NCBI GenBank assembly: GCA_964556105.1
Contig: CAZKWG010000003.1
Coordinates: forward strand, 1 to 36,332
Source: an uncultured Enterobacterales bacterium
GTDB lineage: Bacteria > Myxococcota_A > UBA796 > CAZKWG01
Direction: 5' to 3'
DNA length: 36,332 nucleotides
Made by a program: the position numbers and the translations under genes. Below, piece after piece: positions 7,661 to 17,445 of this stretch (the stretch's first letter is position 1; the number at the start of each line of letters is the position of its first letter). The notes below the pieces were generated by a model. It ran no database searches. It saw nothing but the letters and a program-made list of their open reading frames with translations, and was not told where the DNA came from.

Positions 7661-9139
7661 ATGGAGGCCGCGATGGCGCGCGCTGCAGACGGTGTGCTCG
7701 GCGGGCTGAAGGTAGCGCTGGTCTACCCGCCCTATGGCCCGGTGAAGAACGAGCCCGGGATCAAGGCCGTCAAGGAGAACTACGGGATCTTCCCCTCGCT
7801 CTCGCTGCTCTACGTGGCCGGCATCCTCGAGAAGGCTGGCTGCGAGGTGCTCTTCATCGACGCCCACGCCGAGGAGCTCACGCTCGAGCAGACCGTGGCG
7901 CGCCTGCGCGCCTTTGGCCCGGCCTATGTCGGCTACACGCTGACCACCTACCTCTTCTTCCAGTCCATGGCCTGGATTCAGGCGATCCGCGCCGTGGTGG
8001 ACGTGCCGGTGATCGTCGGAGGCGTGCACCTCTCGATCTATCCGCGGGAGACGCTTGCCTACCCAGGGGTCGATTATGCGGTGACGGGCGAGGCCGAGCG
8101 CGCGCTGCCCGAGCTGCTCGGCGCGCTGGTGCTGGGGCGGGATCTCTCCACCGTGCGCGGCGTCGCTTACAAACGCCAGGACGGTCGCGTCGCCGTGACG
8201 CCCACCGCCGCCGACGTGGACGTGGACGCGGCGCCCTTCCCGGCGCGCCACCTCATCGACAACACCCGCTACTACTCCTTCATCAGCCAGCTCCGCAACT
8301 TCTCCTGCTTCATCACCAGCCGCGGCTGCCCCTACAAGTGCATCTTCTGCGAGCAGGGCTCCAAACCTTTTCGTGGGCGCAGCCCGGACAACGTCGTGGA
8401 CGAGCTGGAGATCTGCCGTAAGGAGCTGGGGATCCGCGAGCTCGACTTCTTCGACAGCAGCTTCACCATCAAGAAGGAGCGCGTGATCGCCATCTGCGAC
8501 GAGATCGTGCGGCGAAAGCTGGACATCGCGTGGGCCGCCCGCACGCGCGTGGACTGCATCACCGACGACGTGCTCGCCGCGATGCGCCGCGCCGGCTGCA
8601 ACCGCATCTATTACGGCATCGAGAGCGGAAACCGCGAGATCCTCGCCACCTTGAAGAAGAGCACGCGCCTCGAGATGTACCAGGACGTGGTCTCGCGCAC
8701 CCGCAAGCACGGCATCAACACGTTTGGCTACTTCATGGTCGGCAATCCCTACGAGGACGAGGCGACCGTGCGCCAGACCATCCGCCTCGCGCTGAAGCTG
8801 GACCTGGACTACGCGCAGTTCTCCAAGGTCACGCCGATGCCCGCGACCGAGCTCTACACGCTCCTGCTCCAGGAGACGGGCCGCGACTACTGGCGCGACC
8901 ACATCGTGGCCGGCTCCGACGAGCCCATCCCGCGCCCCCACTGCGACATGAGCGACGCGGAGATCCAGCGCTGGACGAAGCTGGCCTACCTGCGCTTCTA
9001 CTACCGACCCCGGTACATCCTGCGCGCGCTCCAGCGGATGAAGTCCCGCGAGGAGCTGGCGCGCAGCGTGCGCACCGCCTGGCAGATGTTGGTGGAGCGC
9101 CCGGGAGAAGCGGACAGCGGGATGGAGGTCGTGGCCTGA
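7661..9139 (+). CDS. Cobalamin-binding radical SAM protein (class B / BchE-HpnP-like)
   Basis: B12-binding-like N-terminus (PSLSLLYVAGIL, VIVGGVH, VTGEAE), SRGCPYKCIFC (CxxxCxxC), YGIESG, FMVGNP. Alternative start at ATG 7673, which has a GGAGG RBS. Confidence 0.93.
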   Translation: MEAAMARAADGVLGGLKVALVYPPYGPVKNEPGIKAVKENYGIFPSLSLLYVAGILEKAGCEVLFIDAHAEELTLEQTVARLRAFGPAYVGYTLTTYLFFQSMAWIQAIRAVVDVPVIVGGVHLSIYPRETLAYPGVDYAVTGEAERALPELLGALVLGRDLSTVRGVAYKRQDGRVAVTPTAADVDVDAAPFPARHLIDNTRYYSFISQLRNFSCFITSRGCPYKCIFCEQGSKPFRGRSPDNVVDELEICRKELGIRELDFFDSSFTIKKERVIAICDEIVRRKLDIAWAARTRVDCITDDVLAAMRRAGCNRIYYGIESGNREILATLKKSTRLEMYQDVVSRTRKHGINTFGYFMVGNPYEDEATVRQTIRLALKLDLDYAQFSKVTPMPATELYTLLLQETGRDYWRDHIVAGSDEPIPRPHCDMSDAEIQRWTKLAYLRFYYRPRYILRALQRMKSREELARSVRTAWQMLVERPGEADSGMEVVA

Positions 9140-9180
9140 GCGTCGAGCCGCGGTTCTGCCGATGGCGTTAGACTGCGTGG

Positions 9181-10872
9181 ATGCTGGTCCTCGGAATCGC
9201 AGACAACCATGACAGCGGCGCCGCCGTCACCGTGGACAACGGGCTGGTCTCGGCGGTGAACCAGGAGCGCGTCGATCGCGTGAAGGGCTCGGCGGCCTTT
9301 CCCTGGGGCGCCATCGACTCGGCGCTGGAGGTCGCCGGCGCGAGCGAGCGCGACGTGGACCGCATCGTCGTCGGCACCTCGTTCACGCCCTCCGCGTTTC
9401 TGCGCGCCTTCCCCTCCCAGCACAGCGCCGCGCGCGAAGGCGGGCAGTTCTCGCCGCTCCTGCACGCCTACATCCTCTACCAGTCGGCCCTGCGCGCGAC
9501 CGGCCTGCACACGCTGGATGTAGACCTCTCCCGCCAGATCCTCCGTCGTCGCCTGAAGGCGCGCCCCTTCCAGACGCAGCAGATCGAGCTGGTCGATCAC
9601 CACCGCGCGCATGCCGAGGCCGCCTTCCGCACCCAGGCGGACGCCGACGCGCTGGTCTTCACCGTGGACGCCATGGGCGACGGCACCACCGTCACGGTCT
9701 CGCAGGCCAGCCACGGCCAGCTGGATCGCATCTACAGGCAGTCGGGCCTCTCCGCGATCAACGCCTTCTTTGGTCGCGTCACCGAGATGCTCGGGTTCAC
9801 GGCCAACCGCCATGAGGGCAAGGTGATGGGGCTCGCCGCCCGCGCCGAGCCGCCCGAGGAGCTGCTGGCCCACATCCGCGAGCGCCTGCGCTTCCGTGAG
9901 CCCGGCTTCACGCTCAGCCCGATCTTCCGCGCCGAGGCGCGCACCGATCCGTTCTGGCGCGCGTTCGAGCGCTGGAGCCGGGAGGAGATCGCCAGCGCCG
10001 CCCAGCGGGTCCTCGAGGAGACGGTCGTCGCGTTCGTCTCCCACTGGATTCATCGCACGGGCAAACGCTCCGTCGCGCTGGCCGGCGGCATCTTCGCCAA
10101 CGTCAAGTTGAACCTGCGCATCGCTCAGCTCGAGGAGGTCGAGCGCGTCTGGGTGCTGCCGCACATGGGCGACGGCGGGCTGGCGGTGGGCGGGCTCTAC
10201 GCCGCGCTCGAGGCGCCGCCCAGGCAGATCCCCGACGTGTTCTGGGGGCCGTCGTTCACCGAGAAGCAGTGCTACAAGGCGCTCTCGCTCGGTGACCTGC
10301 CGCGCTACAAGCCCAAGGACATGGTGGGCGAGGTCGCCGCGCTGCTGGCCCGCGGCAAGATCGTCGCCCGCTTCGACGGGCGCATGGAGTGGGGGCCGCG
10401 CTCGCTGGGGAACCGCTCCATCCTGCTGCGGCCGGACGACCCGGCGCTCACCGAGCGGCTCAACGGCCTGCTGCGCCGCAACGACTTCATGCCCTTCGCG
10501 CCGCTGGTGCGCGACGAGGACGCGCCGCTCTATTTCCGCGAGGTCGACCAGGCGCCGCATGCCGCCCGCTTCATGACGATCTGCTTCCAGGCGACGCCCC
10601 TCTTCGCCGAGCTGGCGCCCGCCGCGGTCCATGTGGACGGCACCGCCCGGCCCCAGGTGCTTCGCCAGAGCGACGCGCCCACCCTGCACGCGCTGCTCGG
10701 TGAGGTCGGCGAGAAGACCGGTCGGCCCATCCTCATCAACACCTCGTTCAACGTGCACGAGGAGCCGATCGTCTGCACACCGGGCGACGCCATCCGCACC
10801 TGGAAGGCCGCGGAGCTCGACGCGCTCTGGCTCGGCCCCTTCCTGGTCAACCGCGAGCGGATGAGCGCCTAA
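9181..10872 (+). CDS. Carbamoyltransferase, NodU/CmcH/TobZ family
   Basis: LGIADNHDSGAA, QERVDRVK, DHHRAHA, VDAMGD, HEGKVMGLA, LAGGIFANVKLN, MEWGPRSLGNRSIL, FMPFAP, HVDGTARPQ, INTSFNVHEEPIV. Confidence 0.95.
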   Translation: MLVLGIADNHDSGAAVTVDNGLVSAVNQERVDRVKGSAAFPWGAIDSALEVAGASERDVDRIVVGTSFTPSAFLRAFPSQHSAAREGGQFSPLLHAYILYQSALRATGLHTLDVDLSRQILRRRLKARPFQTQQIELVDHHRAHAEAAFRTQADADALVFTVDAMGDGTTVTVSQASHGQLDRIYRQSGLSAINAFFGRVTEMLGFTANRHEGKVMGLAARAEPPEELLAHIRERLRFREPGFTLSPIFRAEARTDPFWRAFERWSREEIASAAQRVLEETVVAFVSHWIHRTGKRSVALAGGIFANVKLNLRIAQLEEVERVWVLPHMGDGGLAVGGLYAALEAPPRQIPDVFWGPSFTEKQCYKALSLGDLPRYKPKDMVGEVAALLARGKIVARFDGRMEWGPRSLGNRSILLRPDDPALTERLNGLLRRNDFMPFAPLVRDEDAPLYFREVDQAPHAARFMTICFQATPLFAELAPAAVHVDGTARPQVLRQSDAPTLHALLGEVGEKTGRPILINTSFNVHEEPIVCTPGDAIRTWKAAELDALWLGPFLVNRERMSA

Positions 10873-11615
10873 CGCGCGGCGACGCCGTCCGCGGGGAGCT
10901 GATCGCCGGAGACCGCCCACAGGCTGCCGAAGGCGCGCCACAGCTCGCCGGTGAGCCGCGGGCCGCCGTCCTGCTTGCCCGAGCGCAGCCCGTCGTTGAG
11001 CACGACCCCGTCCTCGCGCCGCCCGACGTGCGGGTCGCGCAGGTTCATGCGGATGCGCACGACGCCGTTGCTGCCTCGGTGGACGAGGATGATGGTCCCG
11101 TCCGCCTCGACCTTCTCCACCACCGCGACGTGGCTCAGCTCGTCGTCGCGGCGGCCGTTGCCGTTCCGGTCGTAGGTGTCGTCGAAGAAGGCGATATCGC
11201 CGGGCTGGGGCAGCTTCTTGTGGTGAAGCACGCCCAGCTCGCGAGAGAGGGCGAACATGTCGGCGCTGGACCCGCTCAAGGTCAGGCCCGCCCGCGCGTA
11301 GGAGGCCTCGACCAGGCCCGAGCAGTCGGATCGGTAGGTGCGGCCGTCCACCACCAGCTTCGGCTTGCCGACCAGCCCGCCCGCGCCCTTCGCTACCGCG
11401 TGCCCGACGGTGCTCTCCTGGCGCGCGCGCTTGCGCTCCGCGCGGGAGCGGGGGGCCTCGGTCTTCTCGGGCGTCTCCCGACGGACCAGGCCCGCCTCGG
11501 CCTCCTCGTAGCCGACGTCCTCTCCCAGCGAGCCGAGCGGACCCGGCACGGGCATGCCGCCGCGATGGGCACAGCCGATGGAGAGCAGCAGGGCAGAGAG
11601 CGCGAGGGCACGCAT
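10869..11615 (-). CDS. NlpC/P60-CHAP family cysteine peptidase lipoprotein (peptidoglycan hydrolase candidate)
   Basis: Lipobox-like LLLSIGC, DCSGLV (catalytic Cys), PQPGDIAFF, SHVAVV (His) and ILVH. Confidence 0.85.
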   Translation of the reverse strand: MRALALSALLLSIGCAHRGGMPVPGPLGSLGEDVGYEEAEAGLVRRETPEKTEAPRSRAERKRARQESTVGHAVAKGAGGLVGKPKLVVDGRTYRSDCSGLVEASYARAGLTLSGSSADMFALSRELGVLHHKKLPQPGDIAFFDDTYDRNGNGRRDDELSHVAVVEKVEADGTIILVHRGSNGVVRIRMNLRDPHVGRREDGVVLNDGLRSGKQDGGPRLTGELWRAFGSLWAVSGDQLPADGVAAR

Positions 11616-11751
11616 GGCGGGACTCTATCAGACTTGACGTGGCAAGGGCAAGCCTGTGATGAAGTCTAGGAAATGCCGGGCGTGCAAACTGGCCTGCCGC
11701 CTGCTATCGTGAGGTGGCTGCTTTTCGACCTGTCCCCCCGGGAGTCGGCTG

Positions 11752-13230
11752 ATGACGTGGTCTCTGCTCGGTGTGCTCGCCCTCGGCCCGGTGGCCCAGG
11801 CCCAGGAGGCGGACGTCCTCGTCGCGCCCTTCCAGCCCGTCACGCTCGCCTCGCGCGGCATCTCCAACCTGCTGCACGCCTACCTCGAAGGGACCATCGA
11901 CGATCACCCGGAGCTGGCGGTGATCCCCGTCTCTCAGGCGGGGATGATCTTCGACCAGAAGGCCTCCCTCTATCTGGAGAGCTGTCCGCCATCCGAGCAG
12001 GTCGGCTGCGCGCTCGTCGCCGCAGAGGCGGCCGGCGTGCCCTGGGCGGTCGCCGGCGCCGTGCTGGCGACCGACGAGGGCGCGGATGTCCAGATCTGGG
12101 TGCTGGACGTGGCGCGGCTGCGGCAGGTGGACTTCACCTGGCAGCTGCGCGGCGACGACGACGCGCTGGCGCAGGAGACCGCGGCGCGCCTGCTCGCCGT
12201 CGTGCGCGGAGAGGAGGGGGCGCCCGTGGACGAGCGCTTCCGCGGCGGGCCGCGCAGCCCGGAGGAGATGGCCCTCGAGGAGCAGCGCGCTCAGGACGCC
12301 GCGGCGCTGGAGCGGGCCGGCAGTCAGGTCGGGAAGCTCGGGGACCGCCAGGACGTGGAGCTGGTCCGGGACCGCCTGACCGAGGAGGAGCTGGCCGACC
12401 AGATGGAGGGGGAGGGGAGCAAGCCCTGGGATCGCCTGGACATGACCCCGCGCCAGTACCTGCGCTACAAGAACTCCGGGCTGCCGCTCTACGAGTGGCG
12501 GGCGCGGGCGGCGGGCCGCACGTCCCAGGTCCTGATCCGCCCCACGCTCGGGCTCCTGCGCGGGCCGAGCGACGGTCAGTACTACGGCCGCTACGTGCGC
12601 TCGGAGAGCACGCTCCAGGTCGTGCAGAGCTACGCCTGGCAGGCGCCGACCACGGGCAGCGGGCCGACGCTGGGCCTCTCTGCCGGCTATGGACTCCTCC
12701 CAGGGTTGGAGGTCGGCCTGATCGGCGGCGGCACCATCGGCATCTTCGAGGCGGACATCGCCGCGGTGACCGAGGGGGACCCCCTGCGCGATCGCGAGGC
12801 GCAGACCTACTCGGCGTGGAGCGTCTACGGCGGCCTGCAGGTGCTGGGCACGCTGCTCCCGACCTCGAACGTGCGGCCGGTGCTGGGCGGCCAGCTCATG
12901 GTCTGGCGGGGCTCGGCGGTCGATGACCACGTCCTGCCGCCCGAGGAGCTCCTGGTCTTCTCGGCGCCGCTGATGGGCGTGGCCGGCGGCCTGGTGGGCG
13001 TGGAGGCGCGCCTGGGCCCGCGCATCGACGGCTGGGCGCACGTCCCGGTGCAGGCCGTGATCTTCGGCGGCGATCCTGGCGTTCAAGACGAGGGCGGCGA
13101 CTACCTGGAGACCAAGGAGGCGCCCCCGGCCCTGGGCGCCGTCGGGGCGGGGCTGCTGATGGGCATCCAGATACGCCTCTTCGGTCCGGCCCCAGAGAAG
13201 CGAAGCCTGGACGACTACGACGGAGGGTGA
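11752..13230 (+). CDS. Secreted hypothetical protein with N-terminal alpha/beta domain and C-terminal predicted outer-membrane beta-barrel
   Basis: Signal peptide ending AQA-Q, a C-x7-C pair followed by AVAGAV, and a C-terminal half of amphipathic Gly/aromatic-rich strands (GLSAGYG, VYGGLQV, LVGVEARL, MGIQIRLF). Confidence 0.55.
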   Translation: MTWSLLGVLALGPVAQAQEADVLVAPFQPVTLASRGISNLLHAYLEGTIDDHPELAVIPVSQAGMIFDQKASLYLESCPPSEQVGCALVAAEAAGVPWAVAGAVLATDEGADVQIWVLDVARLRQVDFTWQLRGDDDALAQETAARLLAVVRGEEGAPVDERFRGGPRSPEEMALEEQRAQDAAALERAGSQVGKLGDRQDVELVRDRLTEEELADQMEGEGSKPWDRLDMTPRQYLRYKNSGLPLYEWRARAAGRTSQVLIRPTLGLLRGPSDGQYYGRYVRSESTLQVVQSYAWQAPTTGSGPTLGLSAGYGLLPGLEVGLIGGGTIGIFEADIAAVTEGDPLRDREAQTYSAWSVYGGLQVLGTLLPTSNVRPVLGGQLMVWRGSAVDDHVLPPEELLVFSAPLMGVAGGLVGVEARLGPRIDGWAHVPVQAVIFGGDPGVQDEGGDYLETKEAPPALGAVGAGLLMGIQIRLFGPAPEKRSLDDYDGG

Positions 13231-13334
13231 GCGACCGGAGCGCGCGGCTCGGTTAAGCACCCGCGCGTCGGCGGTTCGGCCGGAGACCCTCTCCTGCCCG
13301 GCCCCGCTTCCAGGGGCGTGAGCCTCCAGGGCGC

Positions 13335-15725
13335 ATGATGTCAGGTTCAACTCCCGGTTTTTATGGCAGGCTCGCCGCGACGGTCATGGATCGGCCATGG
13401 GCGGCCATCCTCATCCTGTTCCTGGTCTCCTGCGTCTCGCTTGGGCTGATCACCCGCCTGGACATCGATCCGGACATGGTCCGCCTGCTGCCCCAGGACG
13501 ATCCGGCCACCCTCGCCATCCGCGACATCCAGCGGGAGGAGGGCTCCACCCAGCTCGTGACCATCACGATGCGGGGCGAGGATCCGGCGAAGCTCGACGC
13601 GTTCATGCTCGCGCTCCAGGCCCGGATCGACGCGATGCCGGAGGTCGCGTTCACCCTCTACAAGGTGGATCCGGAGCTGGCCTGGCGGGTCGGTCTGCTG
13701 AACATCCCGCCCGATGATCTCGCGCGGCTCCGCGACCGGCTGAAGGGCGCGCTGGCGATGGGGCCCGCCATCCAGAACCCCTTCGTCGCCGGCCAGTGGC
13801 TGGACCTCGGCTCGCTGACCGAGCGCCTCAAGGGCAAGGACACGGCGAGCGCCTTCGAGGCGCCTCCGGGGACCGCCCGCCTCATCGTCCGGCCGACGGG
13901 CTCGGCGACGGACATGGGCTTCGCCAGCCCCTTCATGGAGCAGGTCGACCAGATCCTGGTCGAGATGGATCCGGCCTCTCAGGGGGTCACGCTGGCCTGG
14001 CTGGGCGGCCCCTATCACCACAACGTCGAGGACATGCGGGGGATCTCGCGGGATCTCACCCGAACGAACGGCGCCAGCCTCGTGCTGGTGCTGGTCCTGA
14101 TCGCGCTGGCCTTCCGCAACGTTCGCGCGGTCATCCTCATCTTCGCCCCCATCGTGCTGGGCAACCTCTGGGCGCTGGGCTTCGCCGGGGCGACGGTCAA
14201 GACGCTCACCAGCTTCACCTCCTTCTTCAGCGCCGTGCTGGTCGGGCTGGGGATCGAGTTCTCCATCCACCTCTACTCGCGCTACCGCGAGGAGCAGCAC
14301 CGGCTCGGCGACGTGCGCGCCGCCGTCATCCGCACCTGGGACATCGTCGGCCCGCCCAGCCTGACCTCGGCGCTGGCCTCGGCGGGCGGCTTCCTGGCCC
14401 TCTGGGCGGCGCACTTCCAAGGCTTCCAGCAGCTCGGGACGCTGCTCGCGGGCGGAAACCTGCTCTGCCTCACGGCGGTGCTCGTGCTGCTGCCCATCCT
14501 TATCCTCTGGGTGGACACCCGCAAGGCGCCGCGCCAGCTCATGCAGAGCCTCGGGCACTACCGGGCGCAGAAGCTGCCGCCCCGGCCCGCCACCTATCGG
14601 CTCGCGCCGCTCATTCTGGCCCTGGCTGCGCTGTTCTCGGTGGCCGCCGGCTTCATGCTCCCGCGCATCCCCTTTCAGTTCGACGTCTCCGAGCTGCGCC
14701 GCGAGGGCCTGGCCTACAGCGACATGACCGAGGAGGAGCGCAAGCTGGCCCACGACAGCTACTCGCCGCTCGTGGTGAGCTACCCCGACGAGGCGAGCAT
14801 GAGCGCCGACCACGCGCGCCTCACGGCCATGTTGGAGCAGGGCCAGCTCCCCGAGATCGCCCGCGTGCTCAGCCTGCGCTCCGTGCTGCCGGCCGACCAG
14901 GACGCCCGCGTCGCCGTGCTCGGCGAGATCGCGGCGCTGGCGCGCGACCCGAACGCCATCTACCTGCCGCCGCAGGCCCGCGCGAACCTGGAGCACATCG
15001 CCAGCACCCCCATCGCCCCGATGACGCGCGAAGACCTGCCCCCCAGCCTGCGGGGGCTGCTGGGCGCCAATGGCTCCCACCACTGGATCCTGATGATCCC
15101 GAGCGGGAACATGTGGGATCTGCGCGAGACCGCGCGCTTGAAGGAGGCGATGGACCGCGTGCTCCCCGATCGGCCGGTCGCCGGTCAGTACATCGCCCTG
15201 GCGGTGCTCTATGGGCTGGTGCGCGATGACGCCCCGCGCGTGGCCGTCGTCGCCCTGCTCATCGTGTTCGCGACGACCGCGCTCGACCTGCGCAACGTCC
15301 GGCGGGCGCTCGGCGCGATCTTCGCGTTGATCGCCGGCATGTGCTGGGCGGGGGCGGGGATGGCCCTGTTCTCGATCAAGCTCTCGATGATCAACTTCGT
15401 CGGCATCCCCATCCTGATGGGCATCGCCGTGGACGCGATCATTCACCTTCAGCATCGATTGTCGGAGGAGGGGCCGGGGCGGATCGGCAAGGCGCTCATC
15501 ACGACGGGCTGGGCGGTGGCGCTGGGCGCGCTCACCAACGCGTTCTCCTTCTCCAGCCTCGTCTTCGCGTCTACGGTCGGCGTGCGCTCGCTGGGCTACC
15601 TCGTCGTCCTGGGGCTGGCGCTGGTGACCCTGGCGGCCTTCCTCTTCGTCCCGCTGGGGTGGATGACCACCTGGTCCTTCGCCGGCGCGGGCCCGCGGAG
15701 AGACGACGGCGAGGGGACGTCGTAG
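13335..15725 (+). CDS. MMPL family RND transporter (HpnN/YdfJ-like)
   Basis: Two repeats of TM, large periplasmic loop, 5 TM. TM4-like GLGIEFSIHLYSRYREE and TM10-like GIAVDAIIHLQHR, plus FQGFQQLG and GVRSLG. Confidence 0.9.
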   Translation: MMSGSTPGFYGRLAATVMDRPWAAILILFLVSCVSLGLITRLDIDPDMVRLLPQDDPATLAIRDIQREEGSTQLVTITMRGEDPAKLDAFMLALQARIDAMPEVAFTLYKVDPELAWRVGLLNIPPDDLARLRDRLKGALAMGPAIQNPFVAGQWLDLGSLTERLKGKDTASAFEAPPGTARLIVRPTGSATDMGFASPFMEQVDQILVEMDPASQGVTLAWLGGPYHHNVEDMRGISRDLTRTNGASLVLVLVLIALAFRNVRAVILIFAPIVLGNLWALGFAGATVKTLTSFTSFFSAVLVGLGIEFSIHLYSRYREEQHRLGDVRAAVIRTWDIVGPPSLTSALASAGGFLALWAAHFQGFQQLGTLLAGGNLLCLTAVLVLLPILILWVDTRKAPRQLMQSLGHYRAQKLPPRPATYRLAPLILALAALFSVAAGFMLPRIPFQFDVSELRREGLAYSDMTEEERKLAHDSYSPLVVSYPDEASMSADHARLTAMLEQGQLPEIARVLSLRSVLPADQDARVAVLGEIAALARDPNAIYLPPQARANLEHIASTPIAPMTREDLPPSLRGLLGANGSHHWILMIPSGNMWDLRETARLKEAMDRVLPDRPVAGQYIALAVLYGLVRDDAPRVAVVALLIVFATTALDLRNVRRALGAIFALIAGMCWAGAGMALFSIKLSMINFVGIPILMGIAVDAIIHLQHRLSEEGPGRIGKALITTGWAVALGALTNAFSFSSLVFASTVGVRSLGYLVVLGLALVTLAAFLFVPLGWMTTWSFAGAGPRRDDGEGTS

Positions 15726-15729
15726 GGGC

Positions 15730-16488
15730 TCAGGTCCGAAGGATCTTGCGCACCAGCGTGGCGGTGAAGTCGTGGCCCTCCAGGAAGGCCAGGCGGATGT
15801 CCGGCTCGGCGCGCGCGACGCGGATCTGCGTGATGGTCCCCGTCTCCACGCCGTCGGCGACGACCCGCGCCGGGCGCAGGTCGTGGTCGAGCACGTCGAT
15901 CACGATCTGCGTGCTCTCGGGGAGGCTGAAGGGCGAGAGGCGCGGCGTGTGCGGGCAGATGGGCGTGACGTGCAGGGCCCGCACCAGGGGGTGGCAGGGC
16001 ACGCCGCTGGCCGAGAAGCTGTAGGCGGTGCTGCCCAGGCCGGTCGCGACGATGAGGCCGTCGCAGGCCATCTGATCGACCACCTGCACCCCGTCGATGC
16101 TCAGGCGCAGGCGGGCGGTGTGTCCGCTGGAGCGCTCCACGTAGACGTCGTTGACCGCCAGCGCGCGGCGCAGCGCTCCCTCCACCGTGCGCGCCTCGAC
16201 GGCGAGGCGGGGGAAGGTGTGCGGCTGGTAGCGCCCCTCCGAGAGCGCGCGGGCCGCGCGGTCCAGGCCGTTCGTCTCGCCGACGTCGTTCAGCAGGAAG
16301 CCGAGATGGCCGGCGTTCAAGCCAAGATAGACGAAGTCCGGGCCATGATCGCGGATGCAGCGGAGCATCCAGCCGTCGCCGCCCACCACCAGGCACAGAT
16401 CGGCGGGCAGGGCGTCCAGATCCAGCCGGCCCCGGAGCGCCGCGAGCAGCCGTCCAGCCTGAGGGTTACGCGGGTCCAGGCAGATCAT
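15730..16488 (-). CDS. nadK: NAD(+) kinase
   Basis: VGGDGWML, NAGHLGFLLN, AVNDV, DGLIVATGLGSTAYSFSA, LHVTPICP. Start trimmed to ATG 16488. Confidence 0.93.
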   Translation of the reverse strand: MICLDPRNPQAGRLLAALRGRLDLDALPADLCLVVGGDGWMLRCIRDHGPDFVYLGLNAGHLGFLLNDVGETNGLDRAARALSEGRYQPHTFPRLAVEARTVEGALRRALAVNDVYVERSSGHTARLRLSIDGVQVVDQMACDGLIVATGLGSTAYSFSASGVPCHPLVRALHVTPICPHTPRLSPFSLPESTQIVIDVLDHDLRPARVVADGVETGTITQIRVARAEPDIRLAFLEGHDFTATLVRKILRT

Positions 16489-16515
16489 GCGAGCCCCATC
16501 ACCAGAGGTGCAGCC

Positions 16516-17373
16516 ATGCTCCTCATCAAGAGCCATGGCCTCGGAAATGACTACCTGATCCTGGACCGCTGGGCACCCTCGCGGCCCGCACCCTGGCCCG
16601 ATTCCCGGCTCGAGGCCGCTCAGGCTCGCCTGCTCTGCGATCGCCACCGCGGCGTCGGCGGCGACGGCGTCCTGGAGCCGGTGACCTCGAGCTGCGCGAC
16701 CGCGGGCCTGCGCATCTGGAACCCGGATGGCTCGCTGGCCGAGAAGAGCGGCAACGGCCTGCGCATCTTCGCCCGCTGGCTGGTCGAGCGCCGCGGCGCG
16801 CCCCCCTCGCTGACGGTCGAGGTCGCCTCCGGCGTCGTCACCTGCGAGGTGAGCCCCGACGAGATCCGCGTCGCCATGGGGCGCGCCACCTTCGCCCCCG
16901 AGCAGATCCCCGCCCGCGAGCCGCTGCGCCTCACCCCCGTCGAGGTCGGCGGCCACACGCTCCTGCTCACGGCCGTCGGCATGGGCAACCCCCACTGCGT
17001 GGTCTTCGTCGAGGAGGCGCTCGATCAACTCCCATGGCGAACCTGGGGGGCGCTCCTGGAGCGCCACGCGCTCTTTCCCAATCGGACGAACGTCCAGTTT
17101 GCGCGCGTTCTGGACCACGCGCGCGTCGAGGTGCGGGTCTGGGAGCGCGGCGCCGGCGAGACGGCGAGCTCCGGATCCTCGGCCTGCGCCGTGGCTGCGG
17201 CGGCCTGCGCCCTCGGGCGGACGGGCGCGCGCGTGGCCGTTCACATGCCGGGCGGGACCCTGGACGTACACGTAGGGCCCGGCGCGGAGATTACCCTCAT
17301 TGGACCGGCGGAGGAGGTGTGCGAAATCAAGCTCTCTCCAGCGTTCGTAAAAAAACTCATGGCGGAGAGGTAG
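16516..17373 (+). CDS. dapF: Diaminopimelate epimerase homologue, Ser/Ser active-site variant
   Basis: KSHGLGNDY, CDRHRGVGGDG, IWNPDGSLAEKSGNGLR, GMGNPHCV, FPNRTNVQF, VWERGAGETASSGSSACA, MPGGTL. Start trimmed to ATG 16516 (GAGG RBS). Confidence 0.88.
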   Translation: MLLIKSHGLGNDYLILDRWAPSRPAPWPDSRLEAAQARLLCDRHRGVGGDGVLEPVTSSCATAGLRIWNPDGSLAEKSGNGLRIFARWLVERRGAPPSLTVEVASGVVTCEVSPDEIRVAMGRATFAPEQIPAREPLRLTPVEVGGHTLLLTAVGMGNPHCVVFVEEALDQLPWRTWGALLERHALFPNRTNVQFARVLDHARVEVRVWERGAGETASSGSSACAVAAAACALGRTGARVAVHMPGGTLDVHVGPGAEITLIGPAEEVCEIKLSPAFVKKLMAER

Positions 17374-17377
17374 GTGT

Positions 17378-17409
17378 TTGACAAGCGCCCTTGAACCGGG
17401 CACCATGAT
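17378..17409 (+). promoter_or_regulatory. Candidate sigma-70 promoter for the radical SAM pair
   Basis: Perfect TTGACA at 17378-17383 with weak -10 candidates (CACCAT at 17 nt, CATGAT at 20 nt). AGGAGG RBS before GTG 17446. Confidence 0.45.
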
Positions 17410-17445
17410 AGGGATTACGACAAGCTCGAGAGGAGGGATCTACCC

